From a bacterium (GTDB lineage Bacteria > DRYD01): a stretch of 64,000 bases of DNA. The stretch is from NCBI GenBank assembly GCA_039630415.1, contig JBCNVB010000013.1, positions 1 through 64,000 on the forward strand, in the 5' to 3' direction. Both the position numbers and the translations under genes were made by a program. Shown piece by piece: positions 61,792 through 64,000 of this stretch (the first letter of the stretch is position 1; the number at the start of each line of letters is the position of its first letter). The notes under the pieces were generated by a model that saw nothing but the letters and a program-made list of their open reading frames with translations, was not told the origin of the DNA and did not search any database.

Positions 61792-61830
61792 GTCTATCCC
61801 CTCTTTTACATGTTTTGAAATTAGCTTATT

Positions 61831-62511
61831 TTAAAATTTGAATGATTGATTATTGGGGTAGGATTTTTCTTTTATGTCAAACCAGTAGTACATATCTATT
61901 TTGATTTCTTTGATTTTATTTGTTTTGGTGTTTAGAAAATCGAAGATTATATTTTGGTTTTGGTTGTAGCATAGAATTAGTTCATAGTCTTGATTTATAT
62001 TTCCGAAAGCTTTTATGTAGTCGAGATAACTTTTGTATTCTATTTTCTTTGCTTCTCCTATTTTAGTTAGTAAGTAAGCTACATTATCCTCTAATGCTAC
62101 GATTAGTCCTCTAAGTTCTATATCTAAGAATTTGTAGAAATTGACTGTGGAGTAGTCAAATAGGTACATTATCTGATTGGGTTTATAGATATGGGCTAAT
62201 GATCCTAGGGGAATTTGTTTTTTGGGACTTTTGGGTTTTTGGTAAGGGGGAATATATACACTGTTAAACTCTTTGTCTTTTAGATTATACAATTCTTGTT
62301 GTACTTGATAGCTTGGGTATTCAAATTCGTAAATAGTATAGTTTTTGTAATCAGTTATTATTTGTCTATCTTCAAAGAGTATGTATGAAATATATGATTT
62401 TATTTGTTGGTTGAAGTGATTGAAGGCTATGGTGTAGCTGTATGCTGGTGCTAGTAAAATAAGAATAAGTATTATTGATAGTAAAACTAAAAAAGTTACA
62501 CTACGAGCCAT
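61831..62511 (-). CDS. Hypothetical exported protein
   Basis: N-terminal signal peptide (…LAPAYS). Confidence 0.65.
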   Translation of the reverse strand: MARSVTFLVLLSIILILILLAPAYSYTIAFNHFNQQIKSYISYILFEDRQIITDYKNYTIYEFEYPSYQVQQELYNLKDKEFNSVYIPPYQKPKSPKKQIPLGSLAHIYKPNQIMYLFDYSTVNFYKFLDIELRGLIVALEDNVAYLLTKIGEAKKIEYKSYLDYIKAFGNINQDYELILCYNQNQNIIFDFLNTKTNKIKEIKIDMYYWFDIKEKSYPNNQSFKF

Positions 62512-62608
62512 ATGATAGAAATTCTCTAATATTTACATACAGTCCTTTTTTGTAGGGTTGTAAATAGTTATGAAGAATTCTAAAAACAATAAGGAGGAAT
62601 TAAAGAGT

Positions 62609-63265
62609 ATGAAAATAGTATCTTTTTTTCATCTGCTAAAGCTTGATAAACCTAAATACGCATATATTGATAGTCTGTATGAAGATATTAAACAATATAA
62701 TCTTGATGTAAAGAACTCTTTTTGGTTTTATCAGGTATTTCCTTTGCACAGTGCTGATATACTTATTTGGAGTAGTTTTGACTTTGAAAATGAGGATAAA
62801 CTAAACTACATTTTATCTTTCTTAGCTAATTTGTTTTATAGAAATACGTTGCATGTTGTAGATGTTTTATGGGGTTTTACTAAGCCATCAATTTATACTA
62901 AAACTCAAAAATCTCCTCAAGAAATTGATCCATTTTCGAATGAAAGAAAAACGTACCTTATCGTGTATCCGTTTGTAAAAACTGCCGAATGGTATTTGCT
63001 AAAAAAGGATACTAGACAAGGAATGATGAATGAACACATCAGAATTGGTAGACAATACCCATCTATATTACAGCTACTCCTGTACTGTTTTGGATTGTCT
63101 AATCATGAATTTATCGTCAGTTATGAAACTAACTCACTAACTCAGTTTGAAGAATTAGTTCAGGAATTGAGATCTTCTGATGCGAGAAAATATACCCTTA
63201 GAGATACACCTATTTACATAGCCATACATAGAAACATAGAAGATTTTAAAAATATACTTTTATAA
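62609..63265 (+). CDS. Chlorite dismutase-family protein, probable coproheme decarboxylase (ChdC/HemQ-like)
   Basis: YPFVKT.EWYLL, RQGMMNEH and FGL...EF motifs; ATG 62609 follows AGGAGG. Confidence 0.8.
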   Translation: MKIVSFFHLLKLDKPKYAYIDSLYEDIKQYNLDVKNSFWFYQVFPLHSADILIWSSFDFENEDKLNYILSFLANLFYRNTLHVVDVLWGFTKPSIYTKTQKSPQEIDPFSNERKTYLIVYPFVKTAEWYLLKKDTRQGMMNEHIRIGRQYPSILQLLLYCFGLSNHEFIVSYETNSLTQFEELVQELRSSDARKYTLRDTPIYIAIHRNIEDFKNILL

Positions 63266-63268
63266 ACT

Positions 63269-64000
63269 ATGCATCAGTGGCAAGAGTTTAATCAATCTTT
63301 TAAAAAGTACTGTATAGAGACGCTAAAAAATAAACTTAGTGGATTGGATAAGATATATGAGATCTGTGTATATCCGTTCGAAGTAAGTGGTAAGTTTTTT
63401 AGACCATTTTTACTTTACAAAACTGCTGAATTTATAGATTCTAATAAAACGGAGAGTATGTTACCGTTCTGTTTAGCTTTGGAACTTATACACAACTACT
63501 CTCTAATTCATGACGATTTGCCTTGTATGGATAATGCTGATTTTAGAAGAGGTTTTCCTACTGTTCATAAGAAATTTGGTGAGGCTGAGGCTGTACTTGC
63601 AGGAGATATGCTTTTAACTCTGGCTTTTGAAATTATATCTTCTTGCTCTGGTTTTCAACCTGAAAAAATAGTAAAGGTTATAAAAAAAGTTTCTCAGTAC
63701 TCTTCTTACCGTTATCTAATAACTGGACAGTATCTAGACTTGTGGTTTCAAAAGGGTATAGTGCAAAAAAACTTAGAAAATATCAAACTCATAAATTTCT
63801 ACAAAACTTCAGGTTTGATAATGTTAGCTGTTGAAATACCTATCATTCTTCTTGATCCATTATATTCGATTAAATTTAAGCTTGTAAAGTATGGTTATTG
63901 GTTAGGTATTTTGTTTCAAGTAACTGATGATATTTTAGATAATGATGGTATTGTAGAGATAGTGTCTATTGAGGAAGCAAGGGATATAGCAAGCAAGATA
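63269..64000 (+). CDS. ispA: Polyprenyl (farnesyl/geranylgeranyl) diphosphate synthase, partial (runs off window end)
   Basis: Own translation: GKFFRP, ELIHNYSLIHDDLPCMDNADFRRG, GQYLD, KTS, FQVTDDILD. Not in the ORF track. Confidence 0.9.
   Translation, partial: MHQWQEFNQSFKKYCIETLKNKLSGLDKIYEICVYPFEVSGKFFRPFLLYKTAEFIDSNKTESMLPFCLALELIHNYSLIHDDLPCMDNADFRRGFPTVHKKFGEAEAVLAGDMLLTLAFEIISSCSGFQPEKIVKVIKKVSQYSSYRYLITGQYLDLWFQKGIVQKNLENIKLINFYKTSGLIMLAVEIPIILLDPLYSIKFKLVKYGYWLGILFQVTDDILDNDGIVEIVSIEEARDIASKI

Overview
AT-rich chromosomal window from a diderm bacterium (lpxB and a TolC/RND pump are present; the lineage cannot be assigned from sequence alone). Most of it is housekeeping genes in scrambled order: pfk, class I aldolase, hisC, rsmE, hemH, rpmF, a lone rpsG, htpX, hfq, gcvPA, rlmN, holA, a lone ftsZ, pdxS, rplI, chdC-like and ispA. 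RNA genes are tRNA-Thr(CGT), tRNA-Arg(GCG), tRNA-Gln(TTG) and the SRP RNA. No CRISPR array, integrase, transposase or reverse transcriptase was seen. Four things stand out. (1) A ~12 kb tandem array (9.9-21.7 kb) of eight exported delta-60-repeat beta-propeller genes, including three lipoprotein + partner modules; two lipoproteins are broken and tether lengths vary. (2) A 17-bp direct-repeat box, TTTACA-N5-TTTACA, at three loci upstream of four orphan or signal-less genes: a Tyr-rich peptide, a subtilisin, a long coiled-coil/Gly-Met protein and a four-core plesiocin-like (TTxxxxEE) graspetide-type precursor. This is a candidate undescribed regulon. (3) Several intact-length pseudoenzymes: a site-2 protease without HExxH, a kinase without Lys/DFG, and a highly diverged MreB-like protein. 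(4) Small oddities: hisC reads into a tRNA, and an A9 tract sits at the hfq 5' end. All family assignments are by motif recognition, not database searches.
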